Assembly: GCA_965202585.1 (NCBI GenBank)
Contig: CBDBBG010000067.1
Location: 1-64,000 of the forward strand
Reading direction: 5' to 3'
Length of the DNA: 64,000 bases
From: Thalia democratica
Lineage: Eukaryota
Made by a program: the position numbers and the translations under genes. Positions 1 to 11,399 of the stretch are shown one piece after another. Every line of letters begins with the position of its first letter. Positions within the stretch are counted from its first letter, which is position 1. The notes under the pieces were generated by a model. That model was not told where the DNA came from. It worked only from the letters and a program-made list of their open reading frames with translations, and did no database searches.

Positions 1-331
1 CTCTGCCTTTCCTCATGAACAAATCTCGGACCGATCTTCGGAATGCCGCGAACGTTTTCCTGTTGGAGAATTTTCAGGAACTCGTACTCCCGCAAAATGT
101 ATTTGTCTTTGCTTTGAGCTGACGAAGTCTTGACCACGACATGTTTGTTTTTATAAGTGGCGTTGTACACGCAGCCGCACCCTCCTTCTTCTAACAACTC
201 TTTCACTACTAAATCTTCTCTGTCAAACAAAATTGGTTTTTCAATTTTTTTTCTGAATCTTCTTCCGACGTTTTGCTGGTTTCTTCGTCGGAATTTCGTG
301 GTGCTAAGTATTTTTCTTCGTTTTGTTTCAT
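1..331 (-). pseudogene. Partial type-A kinase copy at the window edge with an apparent 1-bp deletion
   Basis: ATG at 331-329; the ggT6caa run reads T5 at 237-241, shifting the frame to an early TAG; may be a homopolymer sequencing error. Confidence 0.5.
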
Positions 332-1110
332 AGCTTTATTATAGATTATTATCTTTAAAAAAAAAAACTTAAAATTATTTAGTGAATTATATTGCTATTG
401 TAATTGAATGTCAAACTTTAATTAACAATTAATTTTAAACTCAGAAAGAAACATTTTATTGAGAATAGCTATCGCTATCTATTATATAAAGATAAGTGTG
501 CATATATTTTACTTTCTAAATACTAGTTAAAATATATTATTTAAGAACTTGATAACAGCAACTTCGTCGAATTTTCACAAGTCGAATGTTTAGTGTTGTC
601 AACGCAAGCTATACAAAATTATGCAAATTTTTTCAACATAAAATTGTATGATTCTATGCACATGCCTGTGGACCAAATTTTTTCCAAATAAAAGAGGATT
701 AACTGTGCGAATACATTGAAACATCACTTTTAAATGACTTTAACCAACAAATAGCTTGTTTTTCACCATGTTTAAGTGAAAGAATTGTGAAAAACAAGCA
801 AAAACTAAGAAAATTAGTGAAAATTCATTTTTTGCACTTTTAAGTGGAAAATGCACTATAAAATGCTTAATAAAACAATTTTTGAACATTTAAATGTACT
901 AAAAATACACAATTATTGCTCATGTTGGCCATGGCCTGCTTTCTAGCATGTTTTTGGGTTTGGTTGAAAAATTGAAAATATCACGCTGACGTGCTAGTTT
1001 GACCATTTTTTAAACTGGCCCATCAAACAAGGCTGATTCTTAATAGAACTCTTTTGAACTGTTATTGTGTAAATTTTCAGTCAACCTTTCATTTTATAAT
1101 TTCACAGTTT

Positions 1111-1158
1111 TTACAACTTCCTTAATTTTTCATTTTCTGTCCGCAGATCATCAAATTT
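1111..1158 (-). other. Vestigial coding tail KFDDLRTENEKLRKL* behind the type-A stop (present in the A units)
   Basis: Same frame as the A ORF; matches the B C-terminus KFDDMRTENEKSKKL* with 3 substitutions in 48 nt. Confidence 0.85.
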
Positions 1159-1188
1159 CAGTTTAAAATATAGAAGTTTAGTAATTCA

Positions 1189-1788
1189 TTAGCTTTTCCA
1201 ATAAATCCGACTATCGACCTTCACGTAGAATGTTGAATACCCGAAGTCAATCAGGTAGATCGTGTTTTGATCGAACAATCCTGTCATGAGGTTCTCGGAT
1301 TTGATGTCGTTGTGAACGATGCCACAGCTGTGAACGTGATTCAGTATTTTCAACACTTGCAAGGCTACCTTCACCGTGGTCTTCAACGAAAACTTGTCCT
1401 TTCTCGTCTCTTCTCTTTTATCAAACAGGTCCTTTCCGAGTATTTCGACAACAAAACTCTGCCTTTCCTCATGAACAAATCTCGGACCGATCTTCGGAAT
1501 GCCGCGAACGTTTTCCTGTTGGAGAATTTTCAGGAACTCGTACTCCCGCAAAATGTATTTGTCTTTGCTTTGAGCTGACGAAGTCTTGACCACGACATGT
1601 TTGTTTTTATAAGTGGCGTTGTACACGCAGCCGCACCCTCCTTCTTCTAACAACTCTTTCACTACTAAATCTTCTCTGTCAAACAAAATTGGTTTTTTCA
1701 ATTTTTTTTCTGAATCTTCTTCCGACGTTTTGCTGGTTTCTTCGTCGGAATTTCGTGGTGCTAAGTATTTTTCTTCGTTTTGTTTCAT
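1189..1788 (-). CDS. Truncated CK1-like Ser/Thr kinase, type A (199 aa)
   Basis: ATG start; motifs EEGGCGCVY, VVVK, LREYE, EILGKDL, FSLKT, HNDIKSEN, LIDFG resemble CK1 (ELLGPSL, FSLKT, HRDVKPDN, IDFG); no subdomains VIII-XI. Confidence 0.8.
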   Translation of the reverse strand: MKQNEEKYLAPRNSDEETSKTSEEDSEKKLKKPILFDREDLVVKELLEEGGCGCVYNATYKNKHVVVKTSSAQSKDKYILREYEFLKILQQENVRGIPKIGPRFVHEERQSFVVEILGKDLFDKREETRKDKFSLKTTVKVALQVLKILNHVHSCGIVHNDIKSENLMTGLFDQNTIYLIDFGYSTFYVKVDSRIYWKS

Positions 1789-1938
1789 AGCTTTATTATA
1801 GATTATTATCTTTAAAAAAAAAAAACTTAAAATTATTTAGTGAATTATATTGCTATTGTAATTGAATGTCAAACTTTAATTAACAATTAATTTTAAACTC
1901 AGAAAGAAACATTTTATTGAGAATAGCTATCGCTATCT

Positions 1939-1949
1939 ATTATATAAAG
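1939..1949. promoter_or_regulatory. Bidirectional TATA-like element (TATATAAAG on +, TATATAAT on -), about 150 bp upstream of the ATG; repeated in each unit
   Basis: Motif match only, in AT-rich DNA. Confidence 0.25.
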
Positions 1950-2648
1950 ATAAGTGTGCATATATTTTACTTTCTAAATACTAGTTAAAATATATTATTT
2001 AAGAACTTGATAACAGCAACTTCGTCGAATTTTCACAAGTCGAATGTTTAGTGTTGTCAACGCAAGCTATACAAAATTATGCAAATTTTTTCAACATAAA
2101 ATTGTATGATTCTATGCACATGCCTGTGGACCAAATTTTTTCCAAATAAAAGAGGATTAACTGTGCGAATACATTGAAACATCACTTTTAAATGACTTTA
2201 ACCAACAAATAGCTTGTTTTTCACCATGTTTAAGTGAAAAAGAATTGTGAAAAACAAGCAAAAACTAGAAAATTAGTGAAAATTCATTTTTTTGCACTTT
2301 TAAGTGGAAAATGCACTATAAAATGCTTAATAAAACAATTTTTGAACATTTAAATGTACTAAAAATACACAATTATTGCTCATGTTGGCCATGGCCTGCT
2401 TTCTAGCATGTTTTTGGGTTTGGTTGAAAAATTGAAAATATCACGCTGACGTGCTAGTTTGACCATTTTTTAAACTGGCCCATCAAACAAGGCTGATTCT
2501 TAATAGAACTCTTTTGAACTGTTATTGTGTAAATTTTCAGTCAACCTTTCATTTTATAATTTCACAGTTTTTACAACTTCCTTAATTTTTCATTTTCTGT
2601 CCGCAGATCATCAAATTTCAGTTTAAAATATAGAAGTTTAGTAATTCA

Positions 2649-3248
2649 TTAGCTTTTCCAATAAATCCGACTATCGACCTTCACGTAGAATGTTGAATAC
2701 CCGAAGTCAATCAGGTAGATCGTGTTTTGATCGAACAATCCTGTCATGAGGTTCTCGGATTTGATGTCGTTGTGAACGATGCCACAGCTGTGAACGTGAT
2801 TCAGTATTTTCAACACTTGCAAGGCTACCTTCACCGTGGTCTTCAACGAAAACTTGTCCTTTCTCGTCTCTTCTCTTTTATCAAACAGGTCCTTTCCGAG
2901 TATTTCGACAACAAAACTCTGCCTTTCCTCATGAACAAATCTCGGACCGATCTTCGGAATGCCGCGAACGTTTTCCTGTTGGAGAATTTTCAGGAACTCG
3001 TACTCCCGCAAAATGTATTTGTCTTTGCTTTGAGCTGACGAAGTCTTGACCACGACATGTTTGTTTTTATAAGTGGCGTTGTACACGCAGCCGCACCCTC
3101 CTTCTTCTAACAACTCTTTCACTACTAAATCTTCTCTGTCAAACAAAATTGGTTTTTTCAATTTTTTTTCTGAATCTTCTTCCGACGTTTTGCTGGTTTC
3201 TTCGTCGGAATTTCGTGGTGCTAAGTATTTTTCTTCGTTTTGTTTCAT
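2649..3248 (-). CDS. Truncated CK1-like kinase, type A (199 aa)
   Basis: Protein identical to 1189-1788. Confidence 0.8.
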   Translation of the reverse strand: MKQNEEKYLAPRNSDEETSKTSEEDSEKKLKKPILFDREDLVVKELLEEGGCGCVYNATYKNKHVVVKTSSAQSKDKYILREYEFLKILQQENVRGIPKIGPRFVHEERQSFVVEILGKDLFDKREETRKDKFSLKTTVKVALQVLKILNHVHSCGIVHNDIKSENLMTGLFDQNTIYLIDFGYSTFYVKVDSRIYWKS

Positions 3249-4106
3249 AGCTTTATTATAGATTATTATCTTTAAAAAAAAAAACTTAAAATTATTTAGT
3301 GAATTATATTGCTATTGTAATTGAATGTCAAACTTTAATTAACAATTAATTTTAAACTCAGAAAGAAACATTTTATTGAGAATAGCTATCGCTATCTATT
3401 ATATAAAGATAAGTGTGCATATATTTTACTTTCTAAATACTAGTTAAAATATATTATTTAAGAACTTGATAACAGCAACTTCGTCGAATTTTCACAAGTC
3501 GAATGTTTAGTGTTGTCAACGCAAGCTATACAAAATTATGCAAATTTTTTCAACATAAAATTGTATGATTCTATGCACATGCCTGTGGACCAAATTTTTT
3601 CCAAATAAAAGAGGATTAACTGTGCGAATACATTGAAACATCACTTTTAAATGACTTTAACCAACAAATAGCTTGTTTTTCACCATGTTTAAGTGAAAGA
3701 ATTGTGAAAAACAAGCAAAAACTAAGAAAATTAGTGAAAATTCATTTTTTTGCACTTTTAAGTGGAAAATGCACTATAAAATGCTTAATAAAACAATTTT
3801 TGAACATTTAAATGTACTAAAAATACACAATTATTGCTCATGTTGGCCATGGCCTGCTTTCTAGCATGTTTTTGGGTTTGGTTGAAAAATTGAAAATATC
3901 ACGCTGACGTGCTAGTTTGACCATTTTTTAAACTGGCCCATCAAACAAGGCTGATTCTTAATAGAACTCTTTTGAACTGTTATTGTGTAAATTTTCAGTC
4001 AACCTTTCATTTTATAATTTCACAGTTTTTACAACTTCCTTAATTTTTCATTTTCTGTCCGCAGATCATCAAATTTCAGTTTAAAATATAGAAGTTTAGT
4101 AATTCA

Positions 4107-4706
4107 TTAGCTTTTCCAATAAATCCGACTATCGACCTTCACGTAGAATGTTGAATACCCGAAGTCAATCAGGTAGATCGTGTTTTGATCGAACAATCCT
4201 GTCATGAGGTTCTCGGATTTGATGTCGTTGTGAACGATGCCACAGCTGTGAACGTGATTCAGTATTTTCAACACTTGCAAGGCTACCTTCACCGTGGTCT
4301 TCAACGAAAACTTGTCCTTTCTCGTCTCTTCTCTTTTATCAAACAGGTCCTTTCCGAGTATTTCGACAACAAAACTCTGCCTTTCCTCATGAACAAATCT
4401 CGGACCGATCTTCGGAATGCCGCGAACGTTTTCCTGTTGGAGAATTTTCAGGAACTCGTACTCCCGCAAAATGTATTTGTCTTTGCTTTGAGCTGACGAA
4501 GTCTTGACCACGACATGTTTGTTTTTATAAGTGGCGTTGTACACGCAGCCGCACCCTCCTTCTTCTAACAACTCTTTCACTACTAAATCTTCTCTGTCAA
4601 ACAAAATTGGTTTTTTCAATTTTTTTTCTGAATCTTCTTCCGACGTTTTGCTGGTTTCTTCGTCGGAATTTCGTGGTGCTAAGTATTTTTCTTCGTTTTG
4701 TTTCAT
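4107..4706 (-). CDS. Truncated CK1-like kinase, type A (199 aa)
   Basis: Protein identical to 1189-1788. Confidence 0.8.
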   Translation of the reverse strand: MKQNEEKYLAPRNSDEETSKTSEEDSEKKLKKPILFDREDLVVKELLEEGGCGCVYNATYKNKHVVVKTSSAQSKDKYILREYEFLKILQQENVRGIPKIGPRFVHEERQSFVVEILGKDLFDKREETRKDKFSLKTTVKVALQVLKILNHVHSCGIVHNDIKSENLMTGLFDQNTIYLIDFGYSTFYVKVDSRIYWKS

Positions 4707-5565
4707 AGCTTTATTATAGATTATTATCTTTAAAAAAAAAAAACTTAAAATTATTTAGTGAATTATATTGCTATTGTAATTGAATGTCAAACTTTAATTA
4801 ACAATTAATTTTAAACTCAGAAAGAAACATTTTATTGAGAATAGCTATCGCTATCTATTATATAAAGATAAGTGTGCATATATTTTACTTTCTAAATACT
4901 AGTTAAAATATATTATTTAAGAACTTGATAACAGCAACTTCGTCGAATTTTCACAAGTCGAATGTTTAGTGTTGTCAACGCAAGCTATACAAAATTATGC
5001 AAATTTTTTCAACATAAAATTGTATGATTCTATGCACATGCCTGTGGACCAAATTTTTTCCAAATAAAAGAGGATTAACTGTGCGAATACATTGAAACAT
5101 CACTTTTAAATGACTTTAACCAACAAATAGCTTGTTTTTCACCATGTTTAAGTGAAAGAATTGTGAAAAACAAGCAAAAACTAAGAAAATTAGTGAAAAT
5201 TCATTTTTTTGCACTTTTAAGTGGAAAATGCACTATAAAATGCTTAATAAAACAATTTTTGAACATTTAAATGTACTAAAAATACACAATTATTGCTCAT
5301 GTTGGCCATGGCCTGCTTTCTAGCATGTTTTTGGGTTTGGTTGAAAAATTGAAAATATCACGCTGACGTGCTAGTTTGACCATTTTTTAAACTGGCCCAT
5401 CAAACAAGGCTGATTCTTAATAGAACTCTTTTGAACTGTTATTGTGTAAATTTTCAGTCAACCTTTCATTTTATAATTTCACAGTTTTTACAACTTCCTT
5501 AATTTTTCATTTTCTGTCCGCAGATCATCAAATTTCAGTTTAAAATATAGAAGTTTAGTAATTCA

Positions 5566-6165
5566 TTAGCTTTTCCAATAAATCCGACTATCGACCTTCA
5601 CGTAGAATGTTGAATACCCGAAGTCAATCAGGTAGATCGTGTTTTGATCGAACAATCCTGTCATGAGGTTCTCGGATTTGATGTCGTTGTGAACGATGCC
5701 ACAGCTGTGAACGTGATTCAGTATTTTCAACACTTGCAAGGCTACCTTCACCGTGGTCTTCAACGAAAACTTGTCCTTTCTCGTCTCTTCTCTTTTATCA
5801 AACAGGTCCTTTCCGAGTATTTCGACAACAAAACTCTGCCTTTCCTCATGAACAAATCTCGGACCGATCTTCGGAATGCCGCGAACGTTTTCCTGTTGGA
5901 GAATTTTCAGGAACTCGTACTCCCGCAAAATGTATTTGTCTTTGCTTTGAGCTGACGAAGTCTTGACCACGACATGTTTGTTTTTATAAGTGGCGTTGTA
6001 CACGCAGCCGCACCCTCCTTCTTCTAACAACTCTTTCACTACTAAATCTTCTCTGTCAAACAAAATTGGTTTTTTCAATTTTTTTTCTGAATCTTCTTCC
6101 GACGTTTTGCTGGTTTCTTCGTCGGAATTTCGTGGTGCTAAGTATTTTTCTTCGTTTTGTTTCAT
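5566..6165 (-). CDS. Truncated CK1-like kinase, type A (199 aa)
   Basis: Protein identical to 1189-1788. Confidence 0.8.
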   Translation of the reverse strand: MKQNEEKYLAPRNSDEETSKTSEEDSEKKLKKPILFDREDLVVKELLEEGGCGCVYNATYKNKHVVVKTSSAQSKDKYILREYEFLKILQQENVRGIPKIGPRFVHEERQSFVVEILGKDLFDKREETRKDKFSLKTTVKVALQVLKILNHVHSCGIVHNDIKSENLMTGLFDQNTIYLIDFGYSTFYVKVDSRIYWKS

Positions 6166-7024
6166 AGCTTTATTATAGATTATTATCTTTAAAAAAAAAA
6201 AACTTAAAATTATTTAGTGAATTATATTGCTATTGTAATTGAATGTCAAACTTTAATTAACAATTAATTTTAAACTCAGAAAGAAACATTTTATTGAGAA
6301 TAGCTATCGCTATCTATTATATAAAGATAAGTGTGCATATATTTTACTTTCTAAATACTAGTTAAAATATATTATTTAAGAACTTGATAACAGCAACTTC
6401 GTCGAATTTTCACAAGTCGAATGTTTAGTGTTGTCAACGCAAGCTATACAAAATTATGCAAATTTTTTCAACATAAAATTGTATGATTCTATGCACATGC
6501 CTGTGGACCAAATTTTTTCCAAATAAAAGAGGATTAACTGTGCGAATACATTGAAACATCACTTTTAAATGACTTTAACCAACAAATAGCTTGTTTTTCA
6601 CCATGTTTAAGTGAAAGAATTGTGAAAAACAAGCAAAAACTAAGAAAATTAGTGAAAATTCATTTTTTTGCACTTTTAAGTGGAAAATGCACTATAAAAT
6701 GCTTAATAAAACAATTTTTGAACATTTAAATGTACTAAAAATACACAATTATTGCTCATGTTGGCCATGGCCTGCTTTCTAGCATGTTTTTGGGTTTGGT
6801 TGAAAAATTGAAAATATCACGCTGACGTGCTAGTTTGACCATTTTTTAAACTGGCCCATCAAACAAGGCTGATTCTTAATAGAACTCTTTTGAACTGTTA
6901 TTGTGTAAATTTTCAGTCAACCTTTCATTTTATAATTTCACAGTTTTTACAACTTCCTTAATTTTTCATTTTCTGTCCGCAGATCATCAAATTTCAGTTT
7001 AAAATATAGAAGTTTAGTAATTCA

Positions 7025-7624
7025 TTAGCTTTTCCAATAAATCCGACTATCGACCTTCACGTAGAATGTTGAATACCCGAAGTCAATCAGGTAGATCGTG
7101 TTTTGATCGAACAATCCTGTCATGAGGTTCTCGGATTTGATGTCGTTGTGAACGATGCCACAGCTGTGAACGTGATTCAGTATTTTCAACACTTGCAAGG
7201 CTACCTTCACCGTGGTCTTCAACGAAAACTTGTCCTTTCTCGTCTCTTCTCTTTTATCAAACAGGTCCTTTCCGAGTATTTCGACAACAAAACTCTGCCT
7301 TTCCTCATGAACAAATCTCGGACCGATCTTCGGAATGCCGCGAACGTTTTCCTGTTGGAGAATTTTCAGGAACTCGTACTCCCGCAAAATGTATTTGTCT
7401 TTGCTTTGAGCTGACGAAGTCTTGACCACGACATGTTTGTTTTTATAAGTGGCGTTGTACACGCAGCCGCACCCTCCTTCTTCTAACAACTCTTTCACTA
7501 CTAAATCTTCTCTGTCAAACAAAATTGGTTTTTTCAATTTTTTTTCTGAATCTTCTTCCGACGTTTTGCTGGTTTCTTCGTCGGAATTTCGTGGTGCTAA
7601 GTATTTTTCTTCGTTTTGTTTCAT
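7025..7624 (-). CDS. Truncated CK1-like kinase, type A (199 aa)
   Basis: Protein identical to 1189-1788. Confidence 0.8.
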   Translation of the reverse strand: MKQNEEKYLAPRNSDEETSKTSEEDSEKKLKKPILFDREDLVVKELLEEGGCGCVYNATYKNKHVVVKTSSAQSKDKYILREYEFLKILQQENVRGIPKIGPRFVHEERQSFVVEILGKDLFDKREETRKDKFSLKTTVKVALQVLKILNHVHSCGIVHNDIKSENLMTGLFDQNTIYLIDFGYSTFYVKVDSRIYWKS

Positions 7625-8482
7625 AGCTTTATTATAGATTATTATCTTTAAAAAAAAAAACTTAAAATTATTTAGTGAATTATATTGCTATTGTAATTGA
7701 ATGTCAAACTTTAATTAACAATTAATTTTAAACTCAGAAAGAAACATTTTATTGAGAATAGCTATCGCTATCTATTATATAAAGATAAGTGTGCATATAT
7801 TTTACTTTCTAAATACTAGTTAAAATATATTATTTAAGAACTTGATAACAGCAACTTCGTCGAATTTTCACAAGTCGAATGTTTAGTGTTGTCAACGCAA
7901 GCTATACAAAATTATGCAAATTTTTTCAACATAAAATTGTATGATTCTATGCACATGCCTGTGGACCAAATTTTTTCCAAATAAAAGAGGATTAACTGTG
8001 CGAATACATTGAAACATCACTTTTAAATGACTTTAACCAACAAATAGCTTGTTTTTCACCATGTTTAAGTGAAAGAATTGTGAAAAACAAGCAAAAACTA
8101 AGAAAATTAGTGAAAATTCATTTTTTTGCACTTTTAAGTGGAAAATGCACTATAAAATGCTTAATAAAACAATTTTTGAACATTTAAATGTACTAAAAAT
8201 ACACAATTATTGCTCATGTTGGCCATGGCCTGCTTTCTAGCATGTTTTTGGGTTTGGTTGAAAAATTGAAAATATCACGCTGACGTGCTAGTTTGACCAT
8301 TTTTTAAACTGGCCCATCAAACAAGGCTGATTCTTAATAGAACTCTTTTGAACTGTTATTGTGTAAATTTTCAGTCAACCTTTCATTTTATAATTTCACA
8401 GTTTTTACAACTTCCTTAATTTTTCATTTTCTGTCCGCAGATCATCAAATTTCAGTTTAAAATATAGAAGTTTAGTAATTCA

Positions 8483-9082
8483 TTAGCTTTTCCAATAAAT
8501 CCGACTATCGACCTTCACGTAGAATGTTGAATACCCGAAGTCAATCAGGTAGATCGTGTTTTGATCGAACAATCCTGTCATGAGGTTCTCGGATTTGATG
8601 TCGTTGTGAACGATGCCACAGCTGTGAACGTGATTCAGTATTTTCAACACTTGCAAGGCTACCTTCACCGTGGTCTTCAACGAAAACTTGTCCTTTCTCG
8701 TCTCTTCTCTTTTATCAAACAGGTCCTTTCCGAGTATTTCGACAACAAAACTCTGCCTTTCCTCATGAACAAATCTCGGACCGATCTTCGGAATGCCGCG
8801 AACGTTTTCCTGTTGGAGAATTTTCAGGAACTCGTACTCCCGCAAAATGTATTTGTCTTTGCTTTGAGCTGACGAAGTCTTGACCACGACATGTTTGTTT
8901 TTATAAGTGGCGTTGTACACGCAGCCGCACCCTCCTTCTTCTAACAACTCTTTCACTACTAAATCTTCTCTGTCAAACAAAATTGGTTTTTTCAATTTTT
9001 TTTCTGAATCTTCTTCCGACGTTTTGCTGGTTTCTTCGTCGGAATTTCGTGGTGCTAAGTATTTTTCTTCGTTTTGTTTCAT
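8483..9082 (-). CDS. Truncated CK1-like kinase, type A (199 aa)
   Basis: Protein identical to 1189-1788. Confidence 0.8.
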   Translation of the reverse strand: MKQNEEKYLAPRNSDEETSKTSEEDSEKKLKKPILFDREDLVVKELLEEGGCGCVYNATYKNKHVVVKTSSAQSKDKYILREYEFLKILQQENVRGIPKIGPRFVHEERQSFVVEILGKDLFDKREETRKDKFSLKTTVKVALQVLKILNHVHSCGIVHNDIKSENLMTGLFDQNTIYLIDFGYSTFYVKVDSRIYWKS

Positions 9083-9941
9083 AGCTTTATTATAGATTAT
9101 TATCTTTAAAAAAAAAAAACTTAAAATTATTTAGTGAATTATATTGCTATTGTAATTGAATGTCAAACTTTAATTAACAATTAATTTTAAACTCAGAAAG
9201 AAACATTTTATTGAGAATAGCTATCGCTATCTATTATATAAAGATAAGTGTGCATATATTTTACTTTCTAAATACTAGTTAAAATATATTATTTAAGAAC
9301 TTGATAACAGCAACTTCGTCGAATTTTCACAAGTCGAATGTTTAGTGTTGTCAACGCAAGCTATACAAAATTATGCAAATTTTTTCAACATAAAATTGTA
9401 TGATTCTATGCACATGCCTGTGGACCAAATTTTTTCCAAATAAAAGAGGATTAACTGTGCGAATACATTGAAACATCACTTTTAAATGACTTTAACCAAC
9501 AAATAGCTTGTTTTTCACCATGTTTAAGTGAAAGAATTGTGAAAAACAAGCAAAAACTAAGAAAATTAGTGAAAATTCATTTTTTTGCACTTTTAAGTGG
9601 AAAATGCACTATAAAATGCTTAATAAAACAATTTTTGAACATTTAAATGTACTAAAAATACACAATTATTGCTCATGTTGGCCATGGCCTGCTTTCTAGC
9701 ATGTTTTTGGGTTTGGTTGAAAAATTGAAAATATCACGCTGACGTGCTAGTTTGACCATTTTTTAAACTGGCCCATCAAACAAGGCTGATTCTTAATAGA
9801 ACTCTTTTGAACTGTTATTGTGTAAATTTTCAGTCAACCTTTCATTTTATAATTTCACAGTTTTTACAACTTCCTTAATTTTTCATTTTCTGTCCGCAGA
9901 TCATCAAATTTCAGTTTAAAATATAGAAGTTTAGTAATTCA

Positions 9942-10541
9942 TTAGCTTTTCCAATAAATCCGACTATCGACCTTCACGTAGAATGTTGAATACCCGAAGT
10001 CAATCAGGTAGATCGTGTTTTGATCGAACAATCCTGTCATGAGGTTCTCGGATTTGATGTCGTTGTGAACGATGCCACAGCTGTGAACGTGATTCAGTAT
10101 TTTCAACACTTGCAAGGCTACCTTCACCGTGGTCTTCAACGAAAACTTGTCCTTTCTCGTCTCTTCTCTTTTATCAAACAGGTCCTTTCCGAGTATTTCG
10201 ACAACAAAACTCTGCCTTTCCTCATGAACAAATCTCGGACCGATCTTCGGAATGCCGCGAACGTTTTCCTGTTGGAGAATTTTCAGGAACTCGTACTCCC
10301 GCAAAATGTATTTGTCTTTGCTTTGAGCTGACGAAGTCTTGACCACGACATGTTTGTTTTTATAAGTGGCGTTGTACACGCAGCCGCACCCTCCTTCTTC
10401 TAACAACTCTTTCACTACTAAATCTTCTCTGTCAAACAAAATTGGTTTTTTCAATTTTTTTTCTGAATCTTCTTCCGACGTTTTGCTGGTTTCTTCGTCG
10501 GAATTTCGTGGTGCTAAGTATTTTTCTTCGTTTTGTTTCAT
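9942..10541 (-). CDS. Truncated CK1-like kinase, type A (199 aa)
   Basis: Protein identical to 1189-1788. Confidence 0.8.
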   Translation of the reverse strand: MKQNEEKYLAPRNSDEETSKTSEEDSEKKLKKPILFDREDLVVKELLEEGGCGCVYNATYKNKHVVVKTSSAQSKDKYILREYEFLKILQQENVRGIPKIGPRFVHEERQSFVVEILGKDLFDKREETRKDKFSLKTTVKVALQVLKILNHVHSCGIVHNDIKSENLMTGLFDQNTIYLIDFGYSTFYVKVDSRIYWKS

Positions 10542-11399
10542 AGCTTTATTATAGATTATTATCTTTAAAAAAAAAAACTTAAAATTATTTAGTGAATTAT
10601 ATTGCTATTGTAATTGAATGTCAAACTTTAATTAACAATTAATTTTAAACTCAGAAAGAAACATTTTATTGAGAATAGCTATCGCTATCTATTATATAAA
10701 GATAAGTGTGCATATATTTTACTTTCTAAATACTAGTTAAAATATATTATTTAAGAACTTGATAACAGCAACTTCGTCGAATTTTCACAAGTCGAATGTT
10801 TAGTGTTGTCAACGCAAGCTATACAAAATTATGCAAATTTTTTCAACATAAAATTGTATGATTCTATGCACATGCCTGTGGACCAAATTTTTTCCAAATA
10901 AAAGAGGATTAACTGTGCGAATACATTGAAACATCACTTTTAAATGACTTTAACCAACAAATAGCTTGTTTTTCACCATGTTTAAGTGAAAGAATTGTGA
11001 AAAACAAGCAAAAACTAAGAAAATTAGTGAAAATTCATTTTTTTGCACTTTTAAGTGGAAAATGCACTATAAAATGCTTAATAAAACAATTTTTGAACAT
11101 TTAAATGTACTAAAAATACACAATTATTGCTCATGTTGGCCATGGCCTGCTTTCTAGCATGTTTTTGGGTTTGGTTGAAAAATTGAAAATATCACGCTGA
11201 CGTGCTAGTTTGACCATTTTTTAAACTGGCCCATCAAACAAGGCTGATTCTTAATAGAACTCTTTTGAACTGTTATTGTGTAAATTTTCAGTCAACCTTT
11301 CATTTTATAATTTCACAGTTTTTACAACTTCCTTAATTTTTCATTTTCTGTCCGCAGATCATCAAATTTCAGTTTAAAATATAGAAGTTTAGTAATTCA

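Noticed and set aside
927-998. Helitron 3' end (hairpin plus CTAG) as the source of the tandem array
   Set aside because: Spacing and flanks do not fit: one CTAG overlaps the hairpin and the other is followed by C, not T. No Rep/helicase remnant is present.
1071-1080. TTTTCAG (nematode-style acceptor) as a taxonomic clue
   Set aside because: It lies on the strand opposite the gene and is common in AT-rich DNA, so it cannot assign a taxon.
1186-1191. Ciliate-type code or stop read-through restoring a longer kinase
   Set aside because: All 7 Gln codons in the A ORF are CAA/CAG, A ends in TAA-TGA, and no C-lobe motifs follow in that frame.
1267-1801. Plus-strand 103-aa and 62-aa ORFs in the A units
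   Set aside because: They are antisense shadows of the kinase ORF, begin at TTG and GTG rather than ATG, and have no recognisable motifs; the 62-aa ORF is absent from haplotype C.
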